IMG/VR virus record: IMGVR_UViG_3300046451_001045
Span: 1-59,234 of that record
Source: a virus
Taxonomy: Duplodnaviria; Caudoviricetes
Length of the DNA stretch: 59,234 nt
Strand: one strand, 5' to 3'
The notes under the pieces: model-generated
What the model was told of the DNA's origin: nothing
The model's input: only the letters and a program-made list of their open reading frames with translations
The model's database searches: none
Shown here: one piece after another, positions 1 to 10,024 of the stretch
How positions within the stretch are numbered: the first letter of the stretch is position 1
Layout of the letters: every line of letters begins with the position of its first letter
Translations under genes and position numbers: made by a program

Positions 1-144
1 GTCATGGAATGTGCAGATGCAACAGCACATGTTACAGAACAGTTGGTTCAGGAAATTGAAGTTACATCTGAAGATGCTTTAAAAACGATGAACGAATATA
101 GAGGATTCTATCCCGATTTATTCAAACCAGCTGCTCAGGATTAA
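1..144 (+). CDS. 3' end of a CDS truncated by the window edge (hypothetical)
   Basis: Frame 1 is open from base 1 to TAA at 142-144; the next gene starts 5 nt later. Confidence 0.6.
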   Translation, partial: VMECADATAHVTEQLVQEIEVTSEDALKTMNEYRGFYPDLFKPAAQD

Positions 145-149
145 AATTC

Positions 150-821
150 ATGGAAATCTGTGTTATAGATTCTCCTATAAAAATCGAAAAACTGCCTTTA
201 GATAAAATATATGTTTTAGATAATTGGTTAGCTCATCCTATTCATAAAAAAGTAGACGAATCTTTAAAAGGAGCTCGGTGGGGTAAAAGTAATGAAGTAA
301 GGGGAGGTGACCCTACTGGTTTACCAATGCATCAGTTTTGGGGAGCTTCTATGTATTATGATGATAATTGGTCTGACGAAGTGGATAATGGAATAATACT
401 TTGGAGTAAATACCTAAATGAAAGAGTGGGAGAAGACTTTGGGTTTGAATGGGAGGATTTTCAGTATATGGGAGGAAACTCTCAAACACAAGGACTTTAT
501 GGAACTATTCATACTGATTGCCCTCTTGATGAAGACCAAAACTTATCCTTTTTATACTACACAAATACACATTGGGAAGACCATTGGGGTGGAGTTTTGA
601 GATTATATGAAACTCCTGAAGATGGTATAGAAACAATACAAGGTTTTGATTTAAGGGAAAACGGAATTCAAATCGCAGAAGTGGAATTCAAACCCAATAG
701 ATTGATTATGTTTGATGGAAGAATACCACATGGTGCAGATGCACCAAATCCTTCTGCAAGATATATGGACAGAAGGTCTATAGTAATTCGAGGTGACAAA
801 GTTAAGTTATGCCAACAATAA
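150..821 (+). CDS. 2OG-Fe(II) oxygenase (prolyl-4-hydroxylase-like)
   Basis: HTD (HxD), WEDHWGG-x-L, PNRLIMFDGRIPH and distal R (RRSIV) motifs. Confidence 0.85.
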   Translation: MEICVIDSPIKIEKLPLDKIYVLDNWLAHPIHKKVDESLKGARWGKSNEVRGGDPTGLPMHQFWGASMYYDDNWSDEVDNGIILWSKYLNERVGEDFGFEWEDFQYMGGNSQTQGLYGTIHTDCPLDEDQNLSFLYYTNTHWEDHWGGVLRLYETPEDGIETIQGFDLRENGIQIAEVEFKPNRLIMFDGRIPHGADAPNPSARYMDRRSIVIRGDKVKLCQQ

Positions 822-1660
822 AATTCAACACATACCATAAAAACGCATTCGACACAACTAAACCAATTCTTACAAAATCGTATAAACCCGATTGGTGGAA
901 AAAAATTCCAGTAAATGATATTGTTCGGGGGAATGTAATTGAGGGAACTATAAAAACTTGTCCTGCTATGCATGACTGGTTGAATATGGGATGGTTGATA
1001 GTCGCCAATCGGGATATAACAGTAAAACATGGAAAAGTTAATGGATACTGTGCGGCCGTAGAAGACCTCAAACAAGGAAAAATGCATTCTACACTACCAT
1101 CACACCCTAAAGAGCAAGTTGGTGAGGGGACAGATTATCAGTTTAATTACCACACTCAGAATGAAGAGGTATATGATGCATTTAAAGTAAGAGTTGAGTG
1201 GAGTATAAAATTACCAAAAGGTTACAGTATGATGTACCTAGACCCATTCCTATGGCAAAATAAAGACTTTAAAGCATGGAACGGTGTTATAGATTCGGAT
1301 AAGGGGTTCAATCACGGACACGACAATAGTAATATTATCATGTATCCTAAACATGGTGATGACTTTGTTATCAAGAAAGGAACACCATTAGTACAGGTAA
1401 TACCATTCAAGAGAGAGGAGTGGGAATCTGAGTATCATTTACAAACATCATGGAATCATTATGAAGACCGCAGTAGTTTACTGCATCCTGATGGGTCACT
1501 TTCAAATGCAGAATTGCTCGAGAGAAACAAGGGTTCTTATAAAAAAGATTTTTGGACTCCGAAAACAAAATTATTTAAAGATGCAAAGGGTGGATGCCCT
1601 TTTGACCACGATACACCTGAGACTAAAAACGAAGTTCAGATGGAGTTTGATTTTAAATGA
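809..1660 (+). CDS. Conserved phage protein, DUF6065-like beta-clip (dUTPase-like) fold
   Basis: TIKTCPAM, GVIDSD and KGTPLVQVIPFKR motifs, typical of genes found beside 2OG oxygenases in marine phages. Confidence 0.6.
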   Translation: MPTIKFNTYHKNAFDTTKPILTKSYKPDWWKKIPVNDIVRGNVIEGTIKTCPAMHDWLNMGWLIVANRDITVKHGKVNGYCAAVEDLKQGKMHSTLPSHPKEQVGEGTDYQFNYHTQNEEVYDAFKVRVEWSIKLPKGYSMMYLDPFLWQNKDFKAWNGVIDSDKGFNHGHDNSNIIMYPKHGDDFVIKKGTPLVQVIPFKREEWESEYHLQTSWNHYEDRSSLLHPDGSLSNAELLERNKGSYKKDFWTPKTKLFKDAKGGCPFDHDTPETKNEVQMEFDFK

Positions 1661-2337
1661 GTGTGTCACTATTATTTCCAACTCCTATTTTCTCAAGAAA
1701 TTTTCTTGACCCAAATTTGGCTGCAAATCAGGGTTATAACGAAGATTACGCAGAGATGTTGAAGAACGAAATAGATACAATGAGAAGGAAAGACCCCGAA
1801 GGTAGAAGAATCTCAAATGCATACACTGGATGGCAATCAAATGATGGAGTTGATGGAAACCCCCTTTTTCAGAAATGTATGAATAGAATTGCAACCTTTT
1901 TTCATGAAGAGGTCACTCCATACTTTGGTGTTTCTTCAAAAATTCGTATGGGTAACTCATGGGCAAATATAAATGATAAGGGTGCATGGAATCAACCACA
2001 TCTTCATAATGGATGTTGGTTTAGTGGTGTTCTATACATAAGTGCAGGAGGGGATGAGGGTGATATTCAGTTTATAGACCCAATGCCAAAGGTAGTAGGA
2101 AATATGCCTCATGGAAGACGTAGTAACCCCACTCACAGGATTGCACCATCTACAGGAAACTGTGTATTATTTCCTAGTGGTGCGATGCATATGGTAGAAC
2201 CAAACTTCTCAAAATCTAATCGATATAGTATATCCTTTAATGTGGACTTGGTTGACTACCACAATAAACCGTTGCCTTGGAATGAAAATGAATATACTTT
2301 CGAATTAGATGAGAAAGGTGACCCCATACTGTCATAG
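1657..2337 (+). CDS. Putative 2OG-Fe(II) oxygenase (TIGR02466-like)
   Basis: LFPTPI start, WANIN, PHLH, SGVLY, LFPS..HMVEPN, RYSISFN. Confidence 0.85.
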   Translation: MSVSLLFPTPIFSRNFLDPNLAANQGYNEDYAEMLKNEIDTMRRKDPEGRRISNAYTGWQSNDGVDGNPLFQKCMNRIATFFHEEVTPYFGVSSKIRMGNSWANINDKGAWNQPHLHNGCWFSGVLYISAGGDEGDIQFIDPMPKVVGNMPHGRRSNPTHRIAPSTGNCVLFPSGAMHMVEPNFSKSNRYSISFNVDLVDYHNKPLPWNENEYTFELDEKGDPILS

Positions 2338-2354
2338 ATTTCCTAAATATCCGT

Positions 2355-2615
2355 ATGGAATTAGTAATCGACCCAAACATGATTTGGAATCTCTTCCTTA
2401 CACTAGTCATAGCACCAGTTGGATTAATTGTAAGAAACGTGATGTCTGAACAAAAACGAATAGATATCCTTCTCAATAAAACAAGAGAGGAGATAGCTAG
2501 AGACTATTTAACGCGTGACCAAATAGAAAAAGACTTCCAAAGGTTGTTTGACACTATGAACAGAATGGACGAAAAGTTGGATAGACTTCAATCTAAAACA
2601 TACTTCCAAGAATAG
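2355..2615 (+). CDS. Small membrane-anchored coiled-coil protein
   Basis: N-terminal hydrophobic helix then coiled coil; TAAATA late element 5 nt before ATG. Confidence 0.7.
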   Translation: MELVIDPNMIWNLFLTLVIAPVGLIVRNVMSEQKRIDILLNKTREEIARDYLTRDQIEKDFQRLFDTMNRMDEKLDRLQSKTYFQE

Positions 2616-2627
2616 GGTATCAAAGTG

Positions 2628-2635
2628 TATAAATA
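2628..2635 (+). promoter_or_regulatory. T4-type late promoter
   Basis: TATAAATA upstream of gp13. Confidence 0.8.
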
Positions 2636-2669
2636 GTAGTAAGATAACTATTACTACTGGATTAAACAC

Positions 2670-3485
2670 ATGGCAGAACCAAATTCAAAAGCATCACTAA
2701 AAGAGTATATCAAGAGAAAACTTGGAGCTCCTGTATTGGAAATCAATATAGATGACGACCAATTAGATGACAGAGTTGATGAAGCACTCCAATATTTCCG
2801 TGAGTATCATTACGATGGTTCTATTAAGTGTTATCTAAAACACCAAATCACTCAAGCAGAACTCGATTCCTTCAAGACAAATTCAAGTGTGACAGCTGCA
2901 ACGACTGGAACTCAAGCAATTGCAAACCAAACTTATGGTGAACAACAAAACTATGTTACACTACCCGAACATGTGTTAAGTGTAATTAATATATTCCCGT
3001 TTAGTAATGGTGTGTCCAATAATATGTTTGATATGAGATATCAACTTAGATTGAATGACTTGTGGGATTTAACATCTACAAGTGTTATGTATTATTCTCA
3101 AGTTCAACAACATCTCTCACTTATGGACGACATGTTAGTGGGTAGAACACCTATAAGATACAATACACATAGTAACAGACTATACATGGATATGGACTGG
3201 AACGGTGTGAATGTGGGTGAGTACATTCTTATTGAGTGTTATAGAAAGTTAGACCCAACAGACATGACTGATATCTATAATGATATGTGGTTAAAGAGAT
3301 ATGCAACTTCACTAGTTAAGTATCAATGGGGTGAAAACCTTTCTAAGTTCTCAGGTATGACTTTGCCAGGCGGAGTTACACTAGATGCAGAAAACATGAA
3401 AACAGAAGCCAAAGAAGAGATTACAAAATTAGAAGAAGAGTCTAGACTGAACTATGAAATGCCAGTCATGGACATGATGGGATAA
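2670..3485 (+). CDS. gp13: Neck protein gp13
   Basis: LKEYIKRKLGAPVLEIN, QWGENLSKF..LPGGV motifs; synteny. Confidence 0.95.
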   Translation: MAEPNSKASLKEYIKRKLGAPVLEINIDDDQLDDRVDEALQYFREYHYDGSIKCYLKHQITQAELDSFKTNSSVTAATTGTQAIANQTYGEQQNYVTLPEHVLSVINIFPFSNGVSNNMFDMRYQLRLNDLWDLTSTSVMYYSQVQQHLSLMDDMLVGRTPIRYNTHSNRLYMDMDWNGVNVGEYILIECYRKLDPTDMTDIYNDMWLKRYATSLVKYQWGENLSKFSGMTLPGGVTLDAENMKTEAKEEITKLEEESRLNYEMPVMDMMG

Positions 3486-3489
3486 AAAT

Positions 3490-4347
3490 ATGCCTACAAA
3501 TGTATTTTTTAACCATGCAGTATCAACTGAACAACATCTTTATGAGGATATAGTTGTTGAGTCGTTGAGAATGTATGGACATGAGTGTTTCTATCTACCT
3601 AGAGAGGTAGTGGAAGAAGATACTATACTCAATGAAGATGTGCAGTCTGCCTTTGGTGATGCATATGCAGTTGAGATGTATATTGAAAATACTGATGGTT
3701 TTGAAGGTGAGGGTGACCTCATGTCTAAATTTGGACTGTCAATTCGTGATACTGCAACATTTGTTATATCATTAAGAAGTTGGGAAAGATTTATATCATT
3801 AGATTCAAACCTTGCAACATCACTCAGACCAAACGAAGGAGATTTAATTCACTTCCCTATGAGTGGTTCACTGTTCGAAATTAAGTTTGTAGAACACGAA
3901 AATCCATTCTATCAAGTTGGAAAATTATTTACATTTAAAATGCAGTGTGAACTGTTTGAATATAGTGGTGAAGACTTTGATACTGATGTTGCAGGTATAG
4001 ATAAAATTGAAGATGAGGATGCATATAACATAGAGATGACCATGGTAGCTGGTGGTAGTGGTGACTACAATGTTGGGGAAAACCTTACTAAGAGTAGTGT
4101 TGTGGTCGGTGAAGTCTTATCTTGGGTTGGTGGAAATACTAGAACACTTAAAGTTAAAGATGTTACCACTACACTTGTAGTTGGTGACGTGTTGGTTGGT
4201 GCAGTAACTACTGCACAGTACACTGTGAATTCAATAACAGATGTATTAACAATGTCGAACGATGCACTTGCACAGAATTTAGAATTTGAAGCAACCGACT
4301 CCACATATCTTGACTTCAGTGAAACCAATCCGTTTGGAGAACCTTAA
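3490..4347 (+). CDS. gp14: Neck (head completion) protein gp14
   Basis: YLPRE, RPNEGDLI, FEIKFVEHENPFYQ, C-terminal DFSETNPFG. Confidence 0.95.
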   Translation: MPTNVFFNHAVSTEQHLYEDIVVESLRMYGHECFYLPREVVEEDTILNEDVQSAFGDAYAVEMYIENTDGFEGEGDLMSKFGLSIRDTATFVISLRSWERFISLDSNLATSLRPNEGDLIHFPMSGSLFEIKFVEHENPFYQVGKLFTFKMQCELFEYSGEDFDTDVAGIDKIEDEDAYNIEMTMVAGGSGDYNVGENLTKSSVVVGEVLSWVGGNTRTLKVKDVTTTLVVGDVLVGAVTTAQYTVNSITDVLTMSNDALAQNLEFEATDSTYLDFSETNPFGEP

Positions 4348-5393
4348 TGTTTGGAACACATTTTTATAACGAAACTATTAAAAGAAGTGTATCCATTTTT
4401 GGTACACTCTTTAATAATATTACGGTAAAGAAGGTAAAATCAGATAATACTGTATTAACTTCTCAAATTGTACCGATATCATACGGCCCTAAACAAAAAT
4501 GGTTGTCGAGACTTAATGATGAACCTAATCTATCCGATGGAATGAGAAGTTCAATCAGTCTTCCTAGAATAGCATTTGAAATCTCAGGATTTGAATATGA
4601 TGCAACTAGACAGCAAAACAAACTTATTCGTGCATCTAAGACCACACTTGACACCGATAATACCAAAAGGTCATTTCAATATGCACCTGCACCATACAAC
4701 ATAAATTTTACTTTGTCAATACTTGCAAAGAATGCTAATGATGCATTACAAATATTAGAACAAATTCTTCCGTATTTTCAACCCGAATACACTGTATCAA
4801 TGAAAATGGTAGATTCAATGACGGAGGTTAGAGATGTTCCCATCTCATTGAATTCAGTTACCATGAATGATGAGTACGAGGGTACTTTTGAAGAAAGACG
4901 TGTAATAGAGTATACACTAGATTTTACTATGAAGTTATACTTCTTCGGCCCTGTTTATACTGGTAAGATTATTAAGAATGTTATAGAAAGAACATATCTA
5001 ACTAATGAAAACGGACAGTTCACTTCATCTCAAATCGATGAATCAGGACTTATTAAAGAGGTTAAACACTATGAACCTGCGTTTGCAGAAACATCAAATG
5101 CAGTTGCCGCATCCACAACAGTGTCCTTTGCAACTGCAATAAATAGTTCTATAAGTGTGAATGATGAGGTGTTTGGGACAAACCTAACAACTAATCCAAC
5201 AGTTTCGAGTATTGCATCTGATAAACTAAGTGTAGTGTTATCAAGTGCAATTACAATAAGTGCAAATACGAGTCTTAAATTTGTGGGTTCAGTAGACCCT
5301 GAAGATACATTCGTAGTTGCTGAATCAGTAGATTTTTATGATGACGGTACTTCCCGAGATTTCACAGATGATAAGGTTACCGATGCGAGTTAA
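4347..5393 (+). CDS. gp15: Tail sheath stabiliser/terminator gp15
   Basis: FGTLFN, VPISYGPKQK, LPRIAFE, EQILPYFQP. Confidence 0.95.
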   Translation: MFGTHFYNETIKRSVSIFGTLFNNITVKKVKSDNTVLTSQIVPISYGPKQKWLSRLNDEPNLSDGMRSSISLPRIAFEISGFEYDATRQQNKLIRASKTTLDTDNTKRSFQYAPAPYNINFTLSILAKNANDALQILEQILPYFQPEYTVSMKMVDSMTEVRDVPISLNSVTMNDEYEGTFEERRVIEYTLDFTMKLYFFGPVYTGKIIKNVIERTYLTNENGQFTSSQIDESGLIKEVKHYEPAFAETSNAVAASTTVSFATAINSSISVNDEVFGTNLTTNPTVSSIASDKLSVVLSSAITISANTSLKFVGSVDPEDTFVVAESVDFYDDGTSRDFTDDKVTDAS

Positions 5394-5395
5394 AT

Positions 5396-5806
5396 ATGAC
5401 AAAAGATATAGATTCTAAACTAGATGGTGTTTTAGATATCTCTACAGAAATTACTAAAGAGATTAAAAGAGAGACCAAAATAGTTAAATTACCCAGTCGT
5501 TCAGAGAGTATGGACAACGACTATAAGTATGGTCGTGAGACCCTCTACGGACTCGTAGAGAGGGGACAAGATGCAATCGATGGAATCCTAGACCTATGTA
5601 AGGAAACCGAACACCCGAGGGCGTATGAGGTTGCAGGACAGCTCATAAAGACCGTTGGTGATACTGCAGAGAAACTACTAGACTTGCAGAAAAAAATCAA
5701 AGAATTAGAGAAAGAAGACGAACAAAAGATAGGACAACAACATAATCATTTATATGTTGGTAGCACATCCGAACTACAGAAGTTTCTTAAAAAGAATAAA
5801 GAGTAA
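5396..5806 (+). CDS. gp16: Terminase small subunit gp16
   Basis: HPRAYEV and VGSTSELQKFL motifs; precedes gp17. Confidence 0.93.
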   Translation: MTKDIDSKLDGVLDISTEITKEIKRETKIVKLPSRSESMDNDYKYGRETLYGLVERGQDAIDGILDLCKETEHPRAYEVAGQLIKTVGDTAEKLLDLQKKIKELEKEDEQKIGQQHNHLYVGSTSELQKFLKKNKE

Positions 5807-7404
5807 TGACTGATTCGAAAAATGAAGGTTATCTAGGTAATACTCTAATTAAGAAAGCTGGTGTAGAAGTAAAATACACCAAAAAACAATTAGGTGAGTA
5901 TGTCAAATGTTCAAGTGACCCTTGTTATTTCATAGAAAACTATACAAAAATTATATCCCTAGATGAAGGACTTGTACCCTTTATACTTCGGGGATACCAA
6001 GACAAGTTAATAAACCACTATAATGACGAAAGATTTAGTGTTGTTCTTGCGTCAAGACAGAGTGGTAAATCAATCACATCATGTGCATACCTACTATGGT
6101 ATCTCCTCTTTACACCCGAAGTTACTGTAGCGGTTCTTGCAAACAAAGGTGCAATTGCAAGAGAGATGATTGCTCGTATGGTAACCATGTTAGAGTCCGT
6201 TCCATTCTATTTACAGCCTGGCGTTAAGATTCTAAACAAAGGTTCAATAGAGTTTGCAAACGATAGTAAAGTAGTTGCAGCTGCAACATCTTCGAGTTCT
6301 ATTCGTGGATTGTCTATAAACCTCTTGTATCTTGATGAGTTTGCGTTCGTAGAAAATGCAGAGGAATTCTATACTGCAACATATCCAGTGGTAACATCGG
6401 GTAAAAATTCAAAGGTTATTATCACATCTACTGCAAACGGTGTTGGTAACATGTACCACAAAATTTACGAAAGTGCAGTTAGGGGTGAGAGTGAGTACAA
6501 AAACTTCACTATTAACTGGTATGATGTGCCTGGCAGAGATGAAGAGTGGAAGAAACAGACCATTGCAAACACCTCGGAAATCCAGTTCCAACAAGAGTAT
6601 GGTAATAGTTTCCTAGGAACAGGTAATACACTTATTAATAGTGCAACACTTCTAGGTATGAGGTCAATAGACCCAACATGGTATAAAGATAACTTCAGTA
6701 TGTACCAAAAACCCATGCTTGACCACACCTACATATGTACAGTAGATGTTGCAAAGGGAAGGGGTATCGACTACTCCACCTTTACGATATTTGATATAAG
6801 TGTTCAACCATTTAAACAGGCTGCAACATATAGAGACAATATGATATCTCCGATGCTCTTTCCTGATATTATAAATAAGTATGCAAAAGCATACAACGAT
6901 GCCTTGGTTATTATTGAGAATAATGCAGAAGGTAGTATGGTTGCAACACAATTACATTATGATATAGAATACGAGAATGTATTTGTTCAGGGATTGATGA
7001 AAGCCGAAGATATCGGTGTGACAATGAACAGAAAGATTAAAAGAATCGGTTGTTCAACAATGAAAGAACTGCTTGAGGAAAATAGATTGGAACTAGTTGA
7101 TAGATATGCAATCACTGAACTCATGACTTTCATAAATAAAGGTATGTCTTTCGAGGCAGATAAAGGTTACCATGATGATATGGTTATGAATATAGTATTG
7201 TTTTCTTGGTTTGTAACCACTCAACACTTTACTTACATGACTAATCATGCAGTAAAAGACCTATTATATGCCGAACAACAAAAAATGATAGAAGACGATA
7301 TGTTACCAGCTGGGGTGTTCGACACTGGTAGTACAACCAATGGACAAGAATCCTTCGTAGAAGGAGGAGATAGGTGGTTTATAACCCAAGAAGAAATTTC
7401 TTAG
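5806..7404 (+). CDS. gp17: Terminase large subunit gp17
   Basis: Walker A SRQSGKS, Walker B LYLDEFAF, nuclease DVAKG..DYS and HDDMVM. Confidence 0.97.
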   Translation: MTDSKNEGYLGNTLIKKAGVEVKYTKKQLGEYVKCSSDPCYFIENYTKIISLDEGLVPFILRGYQDKLINHYNDERFSVVLASRQSGKSITSCAYLLWYLLFTPEVTVAVLANKGAIAREMIARMVTMLESVPFYLQPGVKILNKGSIEFANDSKVVAAATSSSSIRGLSINLLYLDEFAFVENAEEFYTATYPVVTSGKNSKVIITSTANGVGNMYHKIYESAVRGESEYKNFTINWYDVPGRDEEWKKQTIANTSEIQFQQEYGNSFLGTGNTLINSATLLGMRSIDPTWYKDNFSMYQKPMLDHTYICTVDVAKGRGIDYSTFTIFDISVQPFKQAATYRDNMISPMLFPDIINKYAKAYNDALVIIENNAEGSMVATQLHYDIEYENVFVQGLMKAEDIGVTMNRKIKRIGCSTMKELLEENRLELVDRYAITELMTFINKGMSFEADKGYHDDMVMNIVLFSWFVTTQHFTYMTNHAVKDLLYAEQQKMIEDDMLPAGVFDTGSTTNGQESFVEGGDRWFITQEEIS

Positions 7405-7416
7405 GGTAAAAAAAGT

Positions 7417-7424
7417 TATAAATA
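7417..7424 (+). promoter_or_regulatory. T4-type late promoter
   Basis: TATAAATA upstream of gp18, followed by an AGGAG SD. Confidence 0.8.
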
Positions 7425-7463
7425 AACTAGTAAACAACTCTTTTCATAAACAGGAGAAAAAGT

Positions 7464-9467
7464 ATGACATTTCAAGTTTCACCAGGCGTTCAGGTCAAAG
7501 AGATAGACCTAACAAATGTTGTTCCTGCAGTATCAAGTACAACAGGTGCTTTTGCAGGTTCATTTCAATGGGGCCCTGTTGATGAAGTAGTAACAGTTAG
7601 CGGTTCATCAAAATTAGAACAGACATTCGGTAAACCTTCAAACACAGATATAGGTGCCGAAGACTGGTACACTGCAGAAGGATTTTTAAGATATGGTTCT
7701 TCACTAAGAGTGGTAAGACCTTCGTCTACATCACTTAGTTCTGCAAACGCTGCCGCACACGCATCATCAATCATCAAAAATGGTTCAGAATATGTATCTA
7801 CTTACAGAGACGGTTCACAAAACGGAACAGTTGGTAAGTGGACATCAAAATATGCAGGTGCATTAGGTAATTCACTTAAAGTATCAGTATGTGGTTCTGC
7901 AGATGCCTACTACAAAGATAATCAGGGTAATACAAGTGGAGATTTATCAGCTGGTTCAACATCCATTACGGGTGTTACGAATGCATCTACACTATTTTTA
8001 GTTAGAGATATTATCACATTTGACGGACACAACACACAATATAGAGTTACTGCAGCTGCGGGAACTACACTTACAATTGAAGCACTAGGACAACCTGCTG
8101 GTACTGGTCTTACGACTCCAGTAGATGGTTCAGGAAGTGCAGTTAACATTAACAGATATTGGGAATTCCATTCCTACTTTGACAAAAAACCTGAAACATC
8201 AGCAGTTGCAACTGCAGCTGGAACAACAAATGATGAAATTCATGTTGTTGTGGTAGATGAAGACGGACTTTTCAGTGGTGTTGCAAACACAGTGTTAGAA
8301 ACATATGGTTTCGTATCACTTGCTTCAGATGGAAAAGGTGCTGATGGTACAAGTAACTATTACAGAAATGTAATTGAATCTAAATCTGAGTATGTATACT
8401 GGTCAGGTCATGCAACTACAATGTTGACAACTGCATCAGAACACAGAACACTTGCTGTTTCAATCGGTACTGCATTTGGAAGACCTTCTCTACCTGAGAA
8501 TAGTTCACTAAGTGGTGGAAACAATGGTAACCACACAACTGCAGCTCAAAAGACAGCTGCATGGACAACATTCTTTGCAGATTCAGAAACAGTAGACATT
8601 TCATTCCTAATCGTAGGTTCTTCAAGAACTGATAACGGTAGTGGAGTGATTCAAGACCTTCTTACAGACTGGACAACTTTAACCAATCAAGCGATTCTAC
8701 TTACAGAAAGTAGAAAAGACTGTATTGCATACATTTCACCTAGACGTGCAGATGTTGTTGGTGTTACTTCAGAGTCAACACAATCATCTAATGTTAAAAC
8801 AACTGCAGATACAGCTACTTCATCTTCGTATGCAGTAATTGATTCGGGTTGGGTATACATTTATGACAGACACAACGACAAATATTGTTGGGTGCCTGCT
8901 AACGGTCACACTGCTGGTTTATCTGCTAGGTCAGATGTTCTTAGAGATGCATGGTATTCACCTGCAGGATTCTCTAGAGGACAGTATCTAGGAGTAACTA
9001 AACTTGCATTCAATCCGTCACAATCATCTAGAGATGACCTATATCGTGCAAGAGTTAACCCAGTGGTTACATTTGCAGGTCAAGGAACAGTGTTATTTGG
9101 AGATAAAACTGCATTAACATCACCTTCTGCATTCGATAGAATCAATGTAAGAAGATTATTCATCGTCTTAGAAAAAGCAATCGCAACTGCAGCTAAAGCT
9201 CAGTTATTTGAATTCAACGATGCTTTTACTCGTGCTCAATTCAGAAGTTCAGTAGAACCATTCTTGAGAGATGTAAAGAATAGAAACGGTGTTATTGATT
9301 ACTCAGTGGTATGTGATGAAACAAACAATACTGATACAGTTATTGACAGAAACGAATTTGTATGTTCAATATTCGTTAAACCTGCTCGTTCAATTAATTA
9401 TATTACTTTAAACTTTGTTGCTGCTAGAAGCGGTGTTCAGTTTGAAGAAATTTACGGTGCAATTTAA
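7464..9467 (+). CDS. gp18: Tail sheath protein gp18
   Basis: SPGVQVKEIDLT, WGP, SPAG..RG, FDRINVRRLF. Confidence 0.97.
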   Translation: MTFQVSPGVQVKEIDLTNVVPAVSSTTGAFAGSFQWGPVDEVVTVSGSSKLEQTFGKPSNTDIGAEDWYTAEGFLRYGSSLRVVRPSSTSLSSANAAAHASSIIKNGSEYVSTYRDGSQNGTVGKWTSKYAGALGNSLKVSVCGSADAYYKDNQGNTSGDLSAGSTSITGVTNASTLFLVRDIITFDGHNTQYRVTAAAGTTLTIEALGQPAGTGLTTPVDGSGSAVNINRYWEFHSYFDKKPETSAVATAAGTTNDEIHVVVVDEDGLFSGVANTVLETYGFVSLASDGKGADGTSNYYRNVIESKSEYVYWSGHATTMLTTASEHRTLAVSIGTAFGRPSLPENSSLSGGNNGNHTTAAQKTAAWTTFFADSETVDISFLIVGSSRTDNGSGVIQDLLTDWTTLTNQAILLTESRKDCIAYISPRRADVVGVTSESTQSSNVKTTADTATSSSYAVIDSGWVYIYDRHNDKYCWVPANGHTAGLSARSDVLRDAWYSPAGFSRGQYLGVTKLAFNPSQSSRDDLYRARVNPVVTFAGQGTVLFGDKTALTSPSAFDRINVRRLFIVLEKAIATAAKAQLFEFNDAFTRAQFRSSVEPFLRDVKNRNGVIDYSVVCDETNNTDTVIDRNEFVCSIFVKPARSINYITLNFVAARSGVQFEEIYGAI

Positions 9468-9479
9468 CAGGAGTAATAA

Positions 9480-9977
9480 ATGGCAACAATAGACCAATTT
9501 AAAGCACAATTAGTCGGAGGCGGCCCTCGTGCCAACCGATTTAGAGTATACTTACCTCGTGCTGGTGAGAAAATAGAATTTCTGTGTAATGCAGCTCAAA
9601 TTCCTGCTGGAACACTAGGTGTGATTACACAACCTTTTAGAGGTCATAACCTCAAACTTGCAGGAGATAGAAGTTTTGCACCTTGGACAGTATCTATTCT
9701 CAATGACGTAGAATTCTCTGCTAGAAACGCCTTAGAAGCGTGGCAAGAAGAGATTCAACAACTAGACAGTGGAGTCGGTTCAACAACTACTGATTACCTA
9801 TTGTCTCGTGCGTTTGTAGAACAATTACACAAAGATGACTCAGTCCTAGCGAGATACGAATTCTTCAACATGTTTCCTTCAGAAATTGGTTCAATTGCAT
9901 TGGACTATGGTACTGAAAACGAACTAGAAAAGTTCGATGTTACGTTTGAATTCTCTCACTGGGAAAGAGTGATTTAA
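9480..9977 (+). CDS. gp19: Tail tube protein gp19
   Basis: GGGPRANRF, LAGDRSF..W, FPSEI motifs; synteny. Confidence 0.93.
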   Translation: MATIDQFKAQLVGGGPRANRFRVYLPRAGEKIEFLCNAAQIPAGTLGVITQPFRGHNLKLAGDRSFAPWTVSILNDVEFSARNALEAWQEEIQQLDSGVGSTTTDYLLSRAFVEQLHKDDSVLARYEFFNMFPSEIGSIALDYGTENELEKFDVTFEFSHWERVI

Positions 9978-10024
9978 GACTCTAAAGTGAAAAATACCAC
10001 CAGCAAGGTGTTATAAATATAGTT

